Below, piece by piece: positions 1 through 9,190 of a DNA stretch of 64,000 nt. Position 1 is the stretch's first letter. Every line of letters begins with the position of its first letter. Where the stretch lies: assembly GCA_965222155.1 (NCBI GenBank), contig CBDCTH010000012.1, forward strand, positions 2,976,001 to 3,040,000, written 5' to 3'. The notes beneath the pieces are model-generated. The model was not told the origin of the DNA and did not search any database. It worked only from the letters and a program-made list of their open reading frames with translations. This DNA is from Gammaproteobacteria bacterium. GTDB lineage: Bacteria > Pseudomonadota > Gammaproteobacteria > Eutrophobiales > Eutrophobiaceae. The position numbers were made by a program, and so were the translations under genes.

Positions 1-379
1 TTTTCGGCAAGTCAAACAAATGAAGTCCGGACGCGGCACTCCATTCCGTCCCCACGCTTAACGGATAGCCGATAACCCGCTCGGCGCTGTCATCAGCGGG
101 GGCCTTACGGCTGATTCCATCCGTTGACCTGATGAAAAAATACGTCTTCCCGTTTGCGTATACCTGCGGGTAGTAAGTGATCCCGTCAACCGTCCTGGCC
201 GGGAGATTACGTACGATGGATTTCTGTGTGACGGGTCCGGCAATTTCCGGAAACGTCCTGCTTATGTCATACGTCCATTCATAGCCGGGCGTCGTTGGAA
301 AGTAGTCCGTATCAGGAGAAGAGCAAGATGGTACAAATAATAATACGACTATATACAGGGAACCTCTAATAATAGACAT
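1..379 (-). CDS. Putative exported protein/lipoprotein, runs off the window start; present start codon lies inside a MITE
   Basis: Not in the ORF track because it has no stop in the window. Manual translation from ATG 379 is stop-free to base 2: MSIIRGSLYIVVLLFVPSCSSPDTDYFPTTPGYEWTY...GYPLSVGTEW. Hydrophobic stretch followed by Cys (atypical lipobox VPSC). Confidence 0.7.
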   Translation of the reverse strand, partial: MSIIRGSLYIVVLLFVPSCSSPDTDYFPTTPGYEWTYDISRTFPEIAGPVTQKSIVRNLPARTVDGITYYPQVYANGKTYFFIRSTDGISRKAPADDSAERVIGYPLSVGTEWSAASGLHLFDLPK

Positions 380-457
380 TTTTCGATACACAGGGTCGCT
401 AACTTATTGAAATCATTGACCTCTAATATATCAATTTGTGAATAAATAGAGGTTCCC
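358..457. mobile_element. 100-bp MITE
   Basis: 11-bp terminal inverted repeats GGGAACCTCTA (358-368) / TAGAGGTTCCC (447-457), flanked by direct repeat TACA (354-357, 458-461); AT-rich interior. Confidence 0.8.
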
Positions 458-472
458 TACAGAATATGAGGG

Positions 473-496
473 GGGGACGGAATTAATTCCGTCCCC
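473..496. repeat. REP-like 24-bp palindrome GGGGACGGAATTAATTCCGTCCCC
   Basis: Perfect palindrome; same design as GGGGACAGATTTAAATCTGTCCCC at 61857 and 63593. Confidence 0.75.
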
Positions 497-544
497 TGAC
501 TGCCGCCCCGGCTGCCTAATTCCATCCCCATTTCTTAACCGGTT

Positions 545-2008
545 TCATTTTCTTAACTTCATGTCCCGTTCCAGTTCCAGCTCCTGTTCCAGGAATGCCA
601 TACGGGCCTTGATACGCTCTGTCTGATAATAATCCGGGCGGGGTTCCGGCTGGCGTAACAGGTGTTTGAGTTGTTCAATGGCCACCTGGGTTTCTCCGGT
701 AAGAAAATAATATTCAGCGTTGGCAATACTGGATTCAATCGGGTTGTCCGCTTCGGCCTCGGCCCGGGTCAGGTAATCGAAATACGTGATATCCGGGGCC
801 TGGAACTTGCCGTATTCGCGCAGCTTGTCGCGGGCCAGATAAGGTTGTCCGGCTTTCAACAAGGCATTGGTATAGTTCAGCACCAGCGGGCGGTAGTCCG
901 GGTACAACTGTTCGGCTTTTGAGAAAATCCGGAATGCCGCGTCATAATTTCCCTGGTTAACCTCAATGTCAGCCGAGGCCAGCAGATATGTGATGTTTTC
1001 CGGGTCGTCGTACAGCAACAGGCGCGCCTGTTCCCGCGCCAGTGCATACTGGCCGTCCGCCGTCAATGCAATGATATAGCCATAGCGATCGGCATCCCTG
1101 TCATTCCCCTGTTCTGCGCCGGCCAGCCGGCGGGAAAAAAATTCGATGGCGCGGCGGGGAGTCTTCTGGGACATGGCAATCAATTTTGCCCTGACCAGGG
1201 GAAAACTTTGGCTTTCATCATGACCATGCGTGCCGGAATAGGCCGCTGCCCGCGCGCCGGCATCGGCAATCCGGCGCGTCGTTAACGGATGGGTACGAAG
1301 AAACTCCGGGGCCTGGGCGGAAAAACGTGAACTTTGTTGCAGTTTTCTGAAGAAACCCGCCATCCCCCGAGGATTGAATCCCGAGCGCGCCAGCAATTGG
1401 ATCCCTATGCGGTCCGCTTCCTGCTCGTTGGTGCGGGTGAAATTGATCCGTGCCTGTGCAGAGGCGCCCTGCACCGCCATCAGCGCGGCTTGACCGGCAT
1501 CGGGGTTCTGGGTGGCAATCAGGATGGCCCCCAGCATGGCAGCCAGCGTCGGGATACTCATTTTTTTTGACATTTCCACGGACCTTGCCATGTGTTTCTG
1601 GGTCACGTGGGCGATTTCATGGGCCATGACTCCGGCGAGCTCGCTCTCTGAGTCGGAATTCAGTATCACGCCGCTGTTAATCCCGACAATGCCGCCGGGT
1701 GCGGCAAACGCGTTTATCAGCGAATCGTTAATAACAAAGAAGGTAAACTGCTGCTCGTTGTTATCGCTTTGGGAAACCAGCTGGTAACCGATCGACTCGA
1801 TATAGGTATTGATTTCAGGATCGGATATGATATCCGCCTGTTTCCTTACCTGGCTGAGAAATGCCTGTCCCAGTCGTCTTTCAAACTCCGGGCTCAGCAG
1901 TCCCCCGGTCGAATCACCGATATCCGGCAAGTCCAGAGTCGTCACCTCGGCTGTGGCTGCTGCGCACAGGCAAAAAGCCAGCAGGAGGCAGATTCCCATT
2001 TGTTTCAT
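545..2008 (-). CDS. bepA: M48 family periplasmic metalloprotease/chaperone BepA (YfgC)
   Basis: Signal peptide, LPDIG N-terminus, INAFA.PGG, HEIAH zinc motif, EQEADRIG, THP motif, C-terminal TPR-like region. Confidence 0.9.
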   Translation of the reverse strand: MKQMGICLLLAFCLCAAATAEVTTLDLPDIGDSTGGLLSPEFERRLGQAFLSQVRKQADIISDPEINTYIESIGYQLVSQSDNNEQQFTFFVINDSLINAFAAPGGIVGINSGVILNSDSESELAGVMAHEIAHVTQKHMARSVEMSKKMSIPTLAAMLGAILIATQNPDAGQAALMAVQGASAQARINFTRTNEQEADRIGIQLLARSGFNPRGMAGFFRKLQQSSRFSAQAPEFLRTHPLTTRRIADAGARAAAYSGTHGHDESQSFPLVRAKLIAMSQKTPRRAIEFFSRRLAGAEQGNDRDADRYGYIIALTADGQYALAREQARLLLYDDPENITYLLASADIEVNQGNYDAAFRIFSKAEQLYPDYRPLVLNYTNALLKAGQPYLARDKLREYGKFQAPDITYFDYLTRAEAEADNPIESSIANAEYYFLTGETQVAIEQLKHLLRQPEPRPDYYQTERIKARMAFLEQELELERDMKLRK

Positions 2009-2156
2009 TGGGCTGTATTATCTGTGATCATACTGTATAGAGTTAACCAGGTTAACGGAGTTCCCGTCCCTCTGCATACCCTGATGAGAAACCCAAGGTA
2101 AACATGTAACATATCGCATTTTGAACGTCATTTCATGACAAAGAGGAAATTTTTCA

Positions 2157-3428
2157 ATGGCTGAGGCAAAAAACGCTTTTTACGCTCAATCTGGAGGGGT
2201 GACGGCCGTCATTAATGCCAGCGCCTGTGCCGTGATAGAAACCGCGCGCCGGCATCCGGACAAAATTGCCAACGTCTACGCCGGCCGTAACGGTATCATC
2301 GGCGCGTTGACCGAGGACCTGATCGACACGGGACAGGAGCCCGCGGCTGCCATCGCCGCGTTACGCCATACACCCTCGGGCGCTTTCGGTTCGTGCCGCT
2401 ACAAGCTGAAGGGGCAGGAAGAGAGCCGGGCTGAATATGAACGTTTGATCGAGGTCTTCAAGGCCCATAACATCGGTTACTTTTTCTATAACGGCGGCGG
2501 GGACTCTGCCGACACCTGTCACAAGGTCTCTCAACTGTCGGCACAGTGGGGTTTCCCGATACAGGCGATACATATTCCCAAGACGATAGACAATGACCTC
2601 CCCGTCACTGACAACTGCCCCGGGTTTGGTTCGGTAGCCAAGTATGTCGCGGTGTCGGTACGCGAGGCGTCCTACGATGTCCGGTCAATGGCGAAAACGT
2701 CCACCAAGGTATTCATTATGGAAGTCATGGGGCGCCATGCCGGCTGGATTGCCGCCGCGGGCGGACTGGCTGCAGACCGGGATAATGATATCCCGGTGGT
2801 GATCCTGTTTCCCGAAATCCCGTTCGACCAGGAGGGCTTTCTTGCCAGGGTACGGGATTGCGTCACACGCCATGACTATTGTTCCGTTGTCGTCTCGGAA
2901 GGCGCGCGCTGGCCTGACGGCCGCTTCCTCGCGGAACAAGGCACGACGGACGCCTTTGGTCATGCCCAGCTGGGCGGCGCAGCTCCCCTGGTGGCAAACC
3001 TGGTCAAGCAGCAACTGGGATACAAATATCACTGGGCTGTCGCCGATTACCTGCAACGCGCGGCGCGCCACATCGCCTCGAAGACCGATGTTGAACAGGC
3101 TTATTCCCTGGGCAGGGCTGCCGTGGAGTTCGCCCTGGCCGGGCACAACGCGATTATGCCCGTGATTGTCCGTACCTCTGATAACCCGTATCGCTGGGAG
3201 ATAGGTCAGGCGGACCTGGCGGACGTGGCCAACGCAGAAAAATTCATGCCCAGGGAATTCATCAGCGCAGACGGTTTCGGTATCACGCCAGCGTGCCGCA
3301 GCTACCTGGAACCCTTAATCCAGGGAGAAGACTATCCTCCCTACCGCAACGGCATGCCGGAATACGTGCGCCTGTTGAACGCGCCGGTTGCAAAAAAAAT
3401 ACACGCCGGGTTTGAACTTCGTCGCTAA
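2157..3428 (+). CDS. pfp: 6-phosphofructokinase, probably PPi-dependent
   Basis: QSGG, GGGDS (Asp at the PPi/ATP-discriminating position), PKTIDND and EVMGR motifs; adjacent to hppA. Confidence 0.85.
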   Translation: MAEAKNAFYAQSGGVTAVINASACAVIETARRHPDKIANVYAGRNGIIGALTEDLIDTGQEPAAAIAALRHTPSGAFGSCRYKLKGQEESRAEYERLIEVFKAHNIGYFFYNGGGDSADTCHKVSQLSAQWGFPIQAIHIPKTIDNDLPVTDNCPGFGSVAKYVAVSVREASYDVRSMAKTSTKVFIMEVMGRHAGWIAAAGGLAADRDNDIPVVILFPEIPFDQEGFLARVRDCVTRHDYCSVVVSEGARWPDGRFLAEQGTTDAFGHAQLGGAAPLVANLVKQQLGYKYHWAVADYLQRAARHIASKTDVEQAYSLGRAAVEFALAGHNAIMPVIVRTSDNPYRWEIGQADLADVANAEKFMPREFISADGFGITPACRSYLEPLIQGEDYPPYRNGMPEYVRLLNAPVAKKIHAGFELRR

Positions 3429-3525
3429 ATCTATAAACTGTCAGCTTTTCATAGAATAAATAATCCGTGTTGCGCGAGCCTGAACGCGCCTCAATCACAA
3501 ACCTTATCACTTAAAGGAGCACACA

Positions 3526-5538
3526 ATGTCGCCATTGGACCTCGCCTTGATATGCAGTGTTATCGCCATCCTGTATGGTATCTTTTCCGTGCGCTGGATA
3601 CTCGCACAGCCCGAAGGGAATGAACGTATGCGGGAGATCGCCGCGGCCATACAGCAGGGCGCATCCGCCTACCTTAACCGGCAGTACGCCACCATCGGCG
3701 GGGTCGGCGTTATCCTGTTTATTGTGCTGGGATTCGTGCTCGACTGGTACACGGGATTCGGATTTTTAATCGGCGCCCTGTTCTCCGCCGCCGCAGGGTA
3801 TATCGGCATGAACATTTCCGTGCGGGCCAACCTGCGTACTGCCGAGGCCGCCAACAGTGGCATGAATGCCGCATTGACGGTTGCCTTCCGGGGCGGCGCG
3901 ATTACCGGATTGCTGGTCGTCGGACTGGGCCTGCTGGGCGTGGCCGGTTACTACGCCGTGCTGCAGAAACTCGGCGTCGACATCGACACCATCCTCCATG
4001 CCCTGATCGGACTCGGCTTCGGCGGTTCCCTGATTTCTATTTTTGCCCGGCTGGGCGGTGGAATTTTCACCAAGGGCGCCGACGTCGGCGCTGATCTGGT
4101 GGGTAAGGTTGAAGCCGGTATCCCGGAAGACGATCCGCGCAACCCCGCTGTGATCGCGGACAACGTCGGCGACAACGTCGGCGATTGTGCCGGCATGGCG
4201 GCAGACCTGTTTGAAACCTATGCCGTTACCGTGATAGCCACCATGTTGCTGGGCAGCCTGGTGGTCCCCGGGAATGAAAATATCGTGCTCTATCCGCTGG
4301 CGCTGGGCGGTGTTTCCATTATTGCCTCCATTATCGGCTGTCTCTTTGTCAAGGCCGGGGAGAACGGCACTATCATGGGCGCTTTGTACAAAGGACTGAT
4401 CGTTGCCGGCGTGCTGGCCGCCATCCTGTTTTATCCCATCACGAACTGGATGATGGCAGACATTGCCGGCATGTCGGCGGGGTCATTATATGCCTGCGCG
4501 CTGATCGGTCTGGCGCTGACGGCGGCCATGGTCTGGATTACGGAATATTACACCGGCACCGACTACGGGCCAGTAAAACACATTGCTGCCGCATCGGAAA
4601 CCGGTCATGCCACCAATATCATCGCCGGTATCGGCGTGTCCATGAAGTCGACCGCGTTGCCGGTGCTGGCAGTGTGCGCCAGTATCTGGGGCGCCTACGA
4701 ACTGGCCGAACTGTACGGCATTGCCATTGCCGCGACGGCGATGCTGTCAATGACCGGCATAATCGTCGCCCTGGACGCCTTCGGACCCATCACCGATAAC
4801 GCCGGTGGTATCGCCGAGATGGCGGACCTGGACGAAAAGATCCGCAACATCACCGACCCACTGGACGCAGTGGGAAATACCACCAAGGCGGTTACCAAGG
4901 GTTATGCCATCGGTTCAGCAGGCCTGGCTGCCCTGGTATTGTTCGGTGACTATACCCACGCCCTCGGGCAGGCCGGCATACACGTGGAATTTTCCCTGTC
5001 TGATCCGATGGTCATCATCGGCCTGTTTATCGGCGGCCTGGTGCCATACCTGTTCGGCGCCATGGCCATGGAAGCGGTCGGCCGTGCGGCCGGTTCGGTG
5101 GTGCTGGAAGTCCGGCGCCAGTTCAGGGAGATCCCGGGAATCATGGATGGCACAGGCAAGCCGGATTATACACGCGCCGTGGACCTGCTGACCAAATCGG
5201 CCATCAAGGAAATGATTATCCCCTCCCTGTTGCCGGTGCTGGTTCCGGTCATCGTCGGCATGGTAATGGGACCCGTGGCACTGGGCGGCCTGTTGCTGGG
5301 AACGATTGTGACCGGCCTGTTTGTCGCCATATCCATGACCACGGGAGGCGGCGCCTGGGATAACGCCAAGAAATATATTGAAGACGGCAATCTCGGCGGC
5401 AAGGGTTCTGAGGCGCACAAGGCAGCAGTAACCGGTGATACCGTCGGCGATCCCTACAAGGACACCGCCGGCCCGGCAGTCAATCCGCTGATTAAGATCA
5501 TCAATATCGTTGCCTTGCTGATCGTGCCGTTGATTTAG
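3526..5538 (+). CDS. hppA: Membrane-bound H+-translocating pyrophosphatase, K+-independent type
   Basis: [11 protein letters not shown] and DNVGDNVGD motifs; GNTTKA carries the Lys signature of K+-independent enzymes; many TM helices. Confidence 0.92.
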   Translation: MSPLDLALICSVIAILYGIFSVRWILAQPEGNERMREIAAAIQQGASAYLNRQYATIGGVGVILFIVLGFVLDWYTGFGFLIGALFSAAAGYIGMNISVRANLRTAEAANSGMNAALTVAFRGGAITGLLVVGLGLLGVAGYYAVLQKLGVDIDTILHALIGLGFGGSLISIFARLGGGIFTKGADVGADLVGKVEAGIPEDDPRNPAVIADNVGDNVGDCAGMAADLFETYAVTVIATMLLGSLVVPGNENIVLYPLALGGVSIIASIIGCLFVKAGENGTIMGALYKGLIVAGVLAAILFYPITNWMMADIAGMSAGSLYACALIGLALTAAMVWITEYYTGTDYGPVKHIAAASETGHATNIIAGIGVSMKSTALPVLAVCASIWGAYELAELYGIAIAATAMLSMTGIIVALDAFGPITDNAGGIAEMADLDEKIRNITDPLDAVGNTTKAVTKGYAIGSAGLAALVLFGDYTHALGQAGIHVEFSLSDPMVIIGLFIGGLVPYLFGAMAMEAVGRAAGSVVLEVRRQFREIPGIMDGTGKPDYTRAVDLLTKSAIKEMIIPSLLPVLVPVIVGMVMGPVALGGLLLGTIVTGLFVAISMTTGGGAWDNAKKYIEDGNLGGKGSEAHKAAVTGDTVGDPYKDTAGPAVNPLIKIINIVALLIVPLI

Positions 5539-5562
5539 GAACAGGGCGCAGGAAACAGCATC

Positions 5563-6036
5563 ATGTTTGTCGCCGCGTTTCTGTTATTTGTCGTCCTGAA
5601 TGAACCGCACCAGTTTTCCATGCTCGATCTCTGGGAGAAAAAATGCAGGGACGGTGATGTCGAGGCCTGTCAGCGGTTTGAGGATGCCCAGGCTGGCGTC
5701 AGGAAGCTGGAGCGACTGGATGGACTGGCCTTGCGCTATGGAGAGAACGCGAACCGGGACGAACTGGAAACAGACGGCAGACCCCTGCTGAATTTGGCCT
5801 ACAAACAGGTGATGGAAGACTTTATCGAAGCCGAACATAATCTGGGCAACAAGGAACTGAACTATGACGATGCCGCCGTCAGTTACTGCGCCGACCATTT
5901 TCATGATTACTGGATAAACAGAAAATTATGGTGGCCTACCGACGACAACGGGGATCCAAGCTGGACGGATATTTATTATTACATCGTCGACCACTACTAC
6001 GGCATCTGTCTGCGGCGCTATTTCAACCAGCTTTAA
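5563..6036 (+). CDS. Hypothetical membrane-anchored protein
   Basis: 157-aa ORF directly after hppA, hydrophobic N-terminus, 4 Cys, no recognised motif. Confidence 0.6.
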   Translation: MFVAAFLLFVVLNEPHQFSMLDLWEKKCRDGDVEACQRFEDAQAGVRKLERLDGLALRYGENANRDELETDGRPLLNLAYKQVMEDFIEAEHNLGNKELNYDDAAVSYCADHFHDYWINRKLWWPTDDNGDPSWTDIYYYIVDHYYGICLRRYFNQL

Positions 6037-6140
6037 TCCACTTATTCCACGCGCTGCGGTTAACAACATGTACACGTGCCATAAACCGCTCTGCGGCGTC
6101 AAGTCGATCTAACCCGGATTTTTCATATATGGTTCGCCCC

Positions 6141-6430
6141 GGTATTGCAAGCACAATGTTCGCATTGACAAAGTGGGCATTGCAGCCCTATATCCGACCT
6201 CTTGATTGCGGGTCATTACGCCCGCGGGCCCCGATGGACTACGCGCCGTTGTGTCCTTATCACCAGGCCGGCTGTCACAGTGTGCGCCAGTGAGACATTC
6301 AGGGTCCCACAACGGCAGGGTTGCCTTGTTTGCCATCACGTTCATGTCGCTGCGCAATGCTTGGACGGTGTGTCCACTATCTGTTTATCCCGTTCAGTCT
6401 GTGAGTCATTCAATGTTAACCGGCAGGCGC
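6141..6430 (-). ncRNA. Predicted bridge RNA / seekRNA region of the IS1111 element
   Basis: A 9-bp stem (6245-6253 / 6308-6316) encloses an internal loop. Its strands (6290-6297 and 6260-6270) match opposite strands of the insertion target. A second stem-loop lies at about 6180-6244. Transcript ends unknown. Confidence 0.75.
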
Positions 6431-7507
6431 TCAGGCGGCCGCTTCCACGTGGTCGGCCTGGTACCTCTCCTGCTTCACCAACAAGGCATACGCCGTGCGC
6501 GCCATGCGATTAGCCAGGGCGACCGCCGCCACATTCTTATGTCGGCGTCTTAACACATCTTGCACCCAGCGACTGCGCTTATCGGTTTTCTTGTCCGACA
6601 CCCGCAACACCGCACGGGCACCGTGTATCAGTAAACTGCGCACGTAACTGTCACCCCGTTTACTGATCCCCAACAACTGCTCACGCCCCCCGGTCGACTG
6701 CTGCCGCGGCACCAACCCCAACCAGGCCGCCAACTCCCGACCATGACGGAATGTCCGCACATCCCCCACCGCTGCCAATAACGCGGTCGCCGTGATCGGC
6801 CCGATGCCCGGCATGCTCATCAATCGCTGCGCCTGCTCATCGGTCTTGGCCCAGTGCGCAATCTGTGCCTCCAACGCCTCAATACGCGCATCCAATTGCA
6901 CCAGCGCCTCATACAAACCCTGTAGCAACGCCCGGAACGGGATACTCAACCCATTCTCGCCATCGTCCAGTATCTCAGGCAGCTTTGCCCGCACCCGGGT
7001 ACGACCCTGGCCTATCTCCACCCCCTGCTCCGCCAACAACCCGCGTACCTGATTCACCAACGCCGTGCGCTGACCCACCGCCAACGAGCGCACCCGATGG
7101 ATGCTCTGCTGGTCCTGTTGCACCGTCGTCTTCACCCCCACAAACCGCATCGTCGGCCGTTGCACCGCCTCACACACCGCCTCCGCATCCGCCCGGTCAC
7201 GCTTGTTCGACTTCACATACGCCTTCACAAACTGCGGCGCCATCAACTTCACCTCGTGACCCTACCCGCGCAACACCCGCGCCCAGTGATGCGCCCGACC
7301 GCACGCCTCCAGCCCCACCCGACACGGCGGCAACTGCGCCAGCACCGCATTGAACTTCTCAGGTTTGTACTTCCCCGTCAAACGCACCTTCCCACTGGCG
7401 TCCTGTCCACAAACCTCTATCCAGGTCTTGCCCAGGTCAACACCCACGACCGTTATCGTTGTCTCTTGCTCTGCTGTATTCATCCGTTTGTTGCTATACT
7501 GACTCAT
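6431..7507 (-). pseudogene. IS110-family DEDD recombinase/transposase with one in-frame TAG at 7262-7264
   Basis: ORFs 7262..7507 and 6431..7252 are in the same frame (RVLRG*GHEVKLMAPQFVK). GVDLGK, GLEAC, KRDRAD, PGIGPITA, QQSTGG and ISKRGD are all present. Confidence 0.88.
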
Positions 7508-7823
7508 GGTTCGCTCCTCCTACTGTTAATGAAAAAACTTCATTATGGCTCATTAAAGCCGAATGTATAAGTGAGGGGCGAACCATTCCATTACCAGGCC
7601 GCTAGTAGCTATCGGATACATGTTTGCTGTCAATGAGTCATGGTAATCTATTGACAATGTCATCATTACATACTGCGCTTGATGCGCCCTCGCTTGTCTT
7701 TTTGCCGCCAACGGGCACGTGCTCCCTCAACCAGAGCTACGGCTATGCTTTCGGTCGCAGGCACCCGCTGGCGGCAAAAATCCTGCGCGATCATCGCATC
7801 AACTGGTGAGATATGCGGGCTAA

Positions 7824-9071
7824 GTGAACTTTTGGAAATCCTTTGGGCCAGGTATCCTCTTCGCCGGCGCGGCGATTGGAACCTCGCATCTCGTTCAGTC
7901 CACCCGAGCCGGCGCGATGTTTGGTCTGGGTCTGTTAACAGTCGTTATCGTCGCCAATCTTATTAAATACCCGGCGTACCGCTTCGGTCCGCTGTATGCC
8001 GTGATCACCGGCCGGTCGTTGATTGAAGGCTACCACGGCCTTGGCCGGTGGGTGTTGATTTTGTATATCGCAAGCGAGTTCGCTGTCATCGCTATCGTCA
8101 TTGCCGCAACGGCAATAGTGACTGCCGCAATCTTACTGGCTGTAAGCAGTGCTGCGGTTGATGCAAGATATGTCGGCGTCGCATTGATTATTGCGGGCAC
8201 TTCCGTGCTCGTAATCGGCGGCTATAACCTGTTGGATAAATTGACCAAAGTCTTCGTGCTGATTTTCACGTTGGCGACGTTCGTCGCAACGCTTTTATCG
8301 TTGCCTCGTATCGACTGGTCGTTGTCTCAATTCGCGTTACCGGGCATGGATATCCAAACTTTCGCATTTGTCATCGCATTGATGGGCTTCATGCCGTCGG
8401 GTATGGAACTGTCGGTTGTACAGTCACTCTGGTGCGTGGCGAAAAGCCGGGCCAGCGGCAGGCGACTACCGTTGTCGCATGTGCTGACGGACTTCAATAT
8501 CGGCTATGTCGGATCTGCGCTTCTCGCCGTGTGTTTTCTGCTGATGGGCGCAGGCGTGATGTATGCAGACGGTATCGTTCCGGAAACCCGGGCGGCGGGA
8601 TTCGCGAACCAGGTTATCGCTTTGTACACGGCAACCCTGGGAGGCTGGGCCGGTACCGTGGTAGGCGTCTCGGCATTGTTAGTTATGTTCACAACTTTGA
8701 TCACCGTTCTCGATGGAATGCCGCGTCTCGTTGCTGCCGGGATCGTTGCGCTTCGAAGCCGCGCTCAAACCGGCGCTGAAAACCTGGACCGCTCGCCCAT
8801 ACTTTTCGGCAGCATGGCCGTACTTGCCATTGCAGGCATGATCGTCCTGCTGTTTTTCATGAACAGTTTTCAGACATTCATCGACTTTGTAACGATTTCT
8901 GCGTTCATCGTCGCTCCAATAACCGCATTGCTGAATCATCTCGTGATTATTTCGGATGATGTGCCTGCTGAGCAGCGGCCGCATAAAGCGATGCTGAGCT
9001 GGAGTCTGCTTGGTATTCTCGCACTGTCCGGTCTGGCAATTGCTTTTCTCTATTGGAGATTTCTCGGATGA
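7824..9071 (+). CDS. NRAMP-like / APC-superfamily permease (putative divalent metal transporter)
   Basis: GPGILFAGAAIGTSHLVQSTRAGA N-terminal motif; about 11 TM segments. Confidence 0.75.
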   Translation: MNFWKSFGPGILFAGAAIGTSHLVQSTRAGAMFGLGLLTVVIVANLIKYPAYRFGPLYAVITGRSLIEGYHGLGRWVLILYIASEFAVIAIVIAATAIVTAAILLAVSSAAVDARYVGVALIIAGTSVLVIGGYNLLDKLTKVFVLIFTLATFVATLLSLPRIDWSLSQFALPGMDIQTFAFVIALMGFMPSGMELSVVQSLWCVAKSRASGRRLPLSHVLTDFNIGYVGSALLAVCFLLMGAGVMYADGIVPETRAAGFANQVIALYTATLGGWAGTVVGVSALLVMFTTLITVLDGMPRLVAAGIVALRSRAQTGAENLDRSPILFGSMAVLAIAGMIVLLFFMNSFQTFIDFVTISAFIVAPITALLNHLVIISDDVPAEQRPHKAMLSWSLLGILALSGLAIAFLYWRFLG

Positions 9072-9190
9072 GTAGACATCAAACGGTATCGATAAGTGGG
9101 GGCGAAGCGCTTGTGCAGGCCGTGGCCGCGAACGGCGTGGATACCGTGTTTGGTATTACAGGCGCGCAGATTTATCCGATGTTCGGCATG
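9068..9190 (+). pseudogene. N-terminal remnant of a thiamine-pyrophosphate-binding enzyme (acetolactate synthase-like)
   Basis: [30 protein letters not shown] matches the TPP-enzyme N-terminus; similarity stops after about 40 aa, where it meets the maf 3' end. Confidence 0.75.

Larger units (their letters stand above)
6126..7593 (-). mobile_element. IS110 family, IS1111 group insertion sequence
   Basis: Sub-terminal 12-bp inverted repeats ATGGTTCGCCCC (6129-6140 and complement at 7575-7586); third internal copy at 7506-7519; left end TAATGGAATGG, right end ...CCATATA; no target duplication; long non-coding region 3' of the transposase. Confidence 0.9.
6113..7819. mobile_element. MITE family A, copy 1 (about 240 bp: 6113-6125 plus 7594-7819), interrupted by the IS1111 element
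   Basis: Removing the IS restores the end CCCGGATTTTTCA|CCAGG; the other end is TGGTGAGATATGCGGG. Direct repeat CTAA at 6109-6112 and 7820-7823. Interior 7672-7808 is homologous, in reverse, to 33915-34149. Confidence 0.8.

Noticed and set aside
58-243. 61-aa ORF listed in the track
   Set aside because: Wrong frame; the overlapping stop-free frame from 379 has the protein-like sequence.
437-445. DnaA-box match TGTGAATAA as an origin signal
   Set aside because: An isolated match inside an AT-rich MITE, far from the parS sites and dnaN.
7262-7264. TAG recoding (pyrrolysine or alternative genetic code) in the transposase
   Set aside because: Many core genes here end at TAG at their expected C-termini (hppA, dnaN, leuS, rpmB), and no pyl genes are visible.
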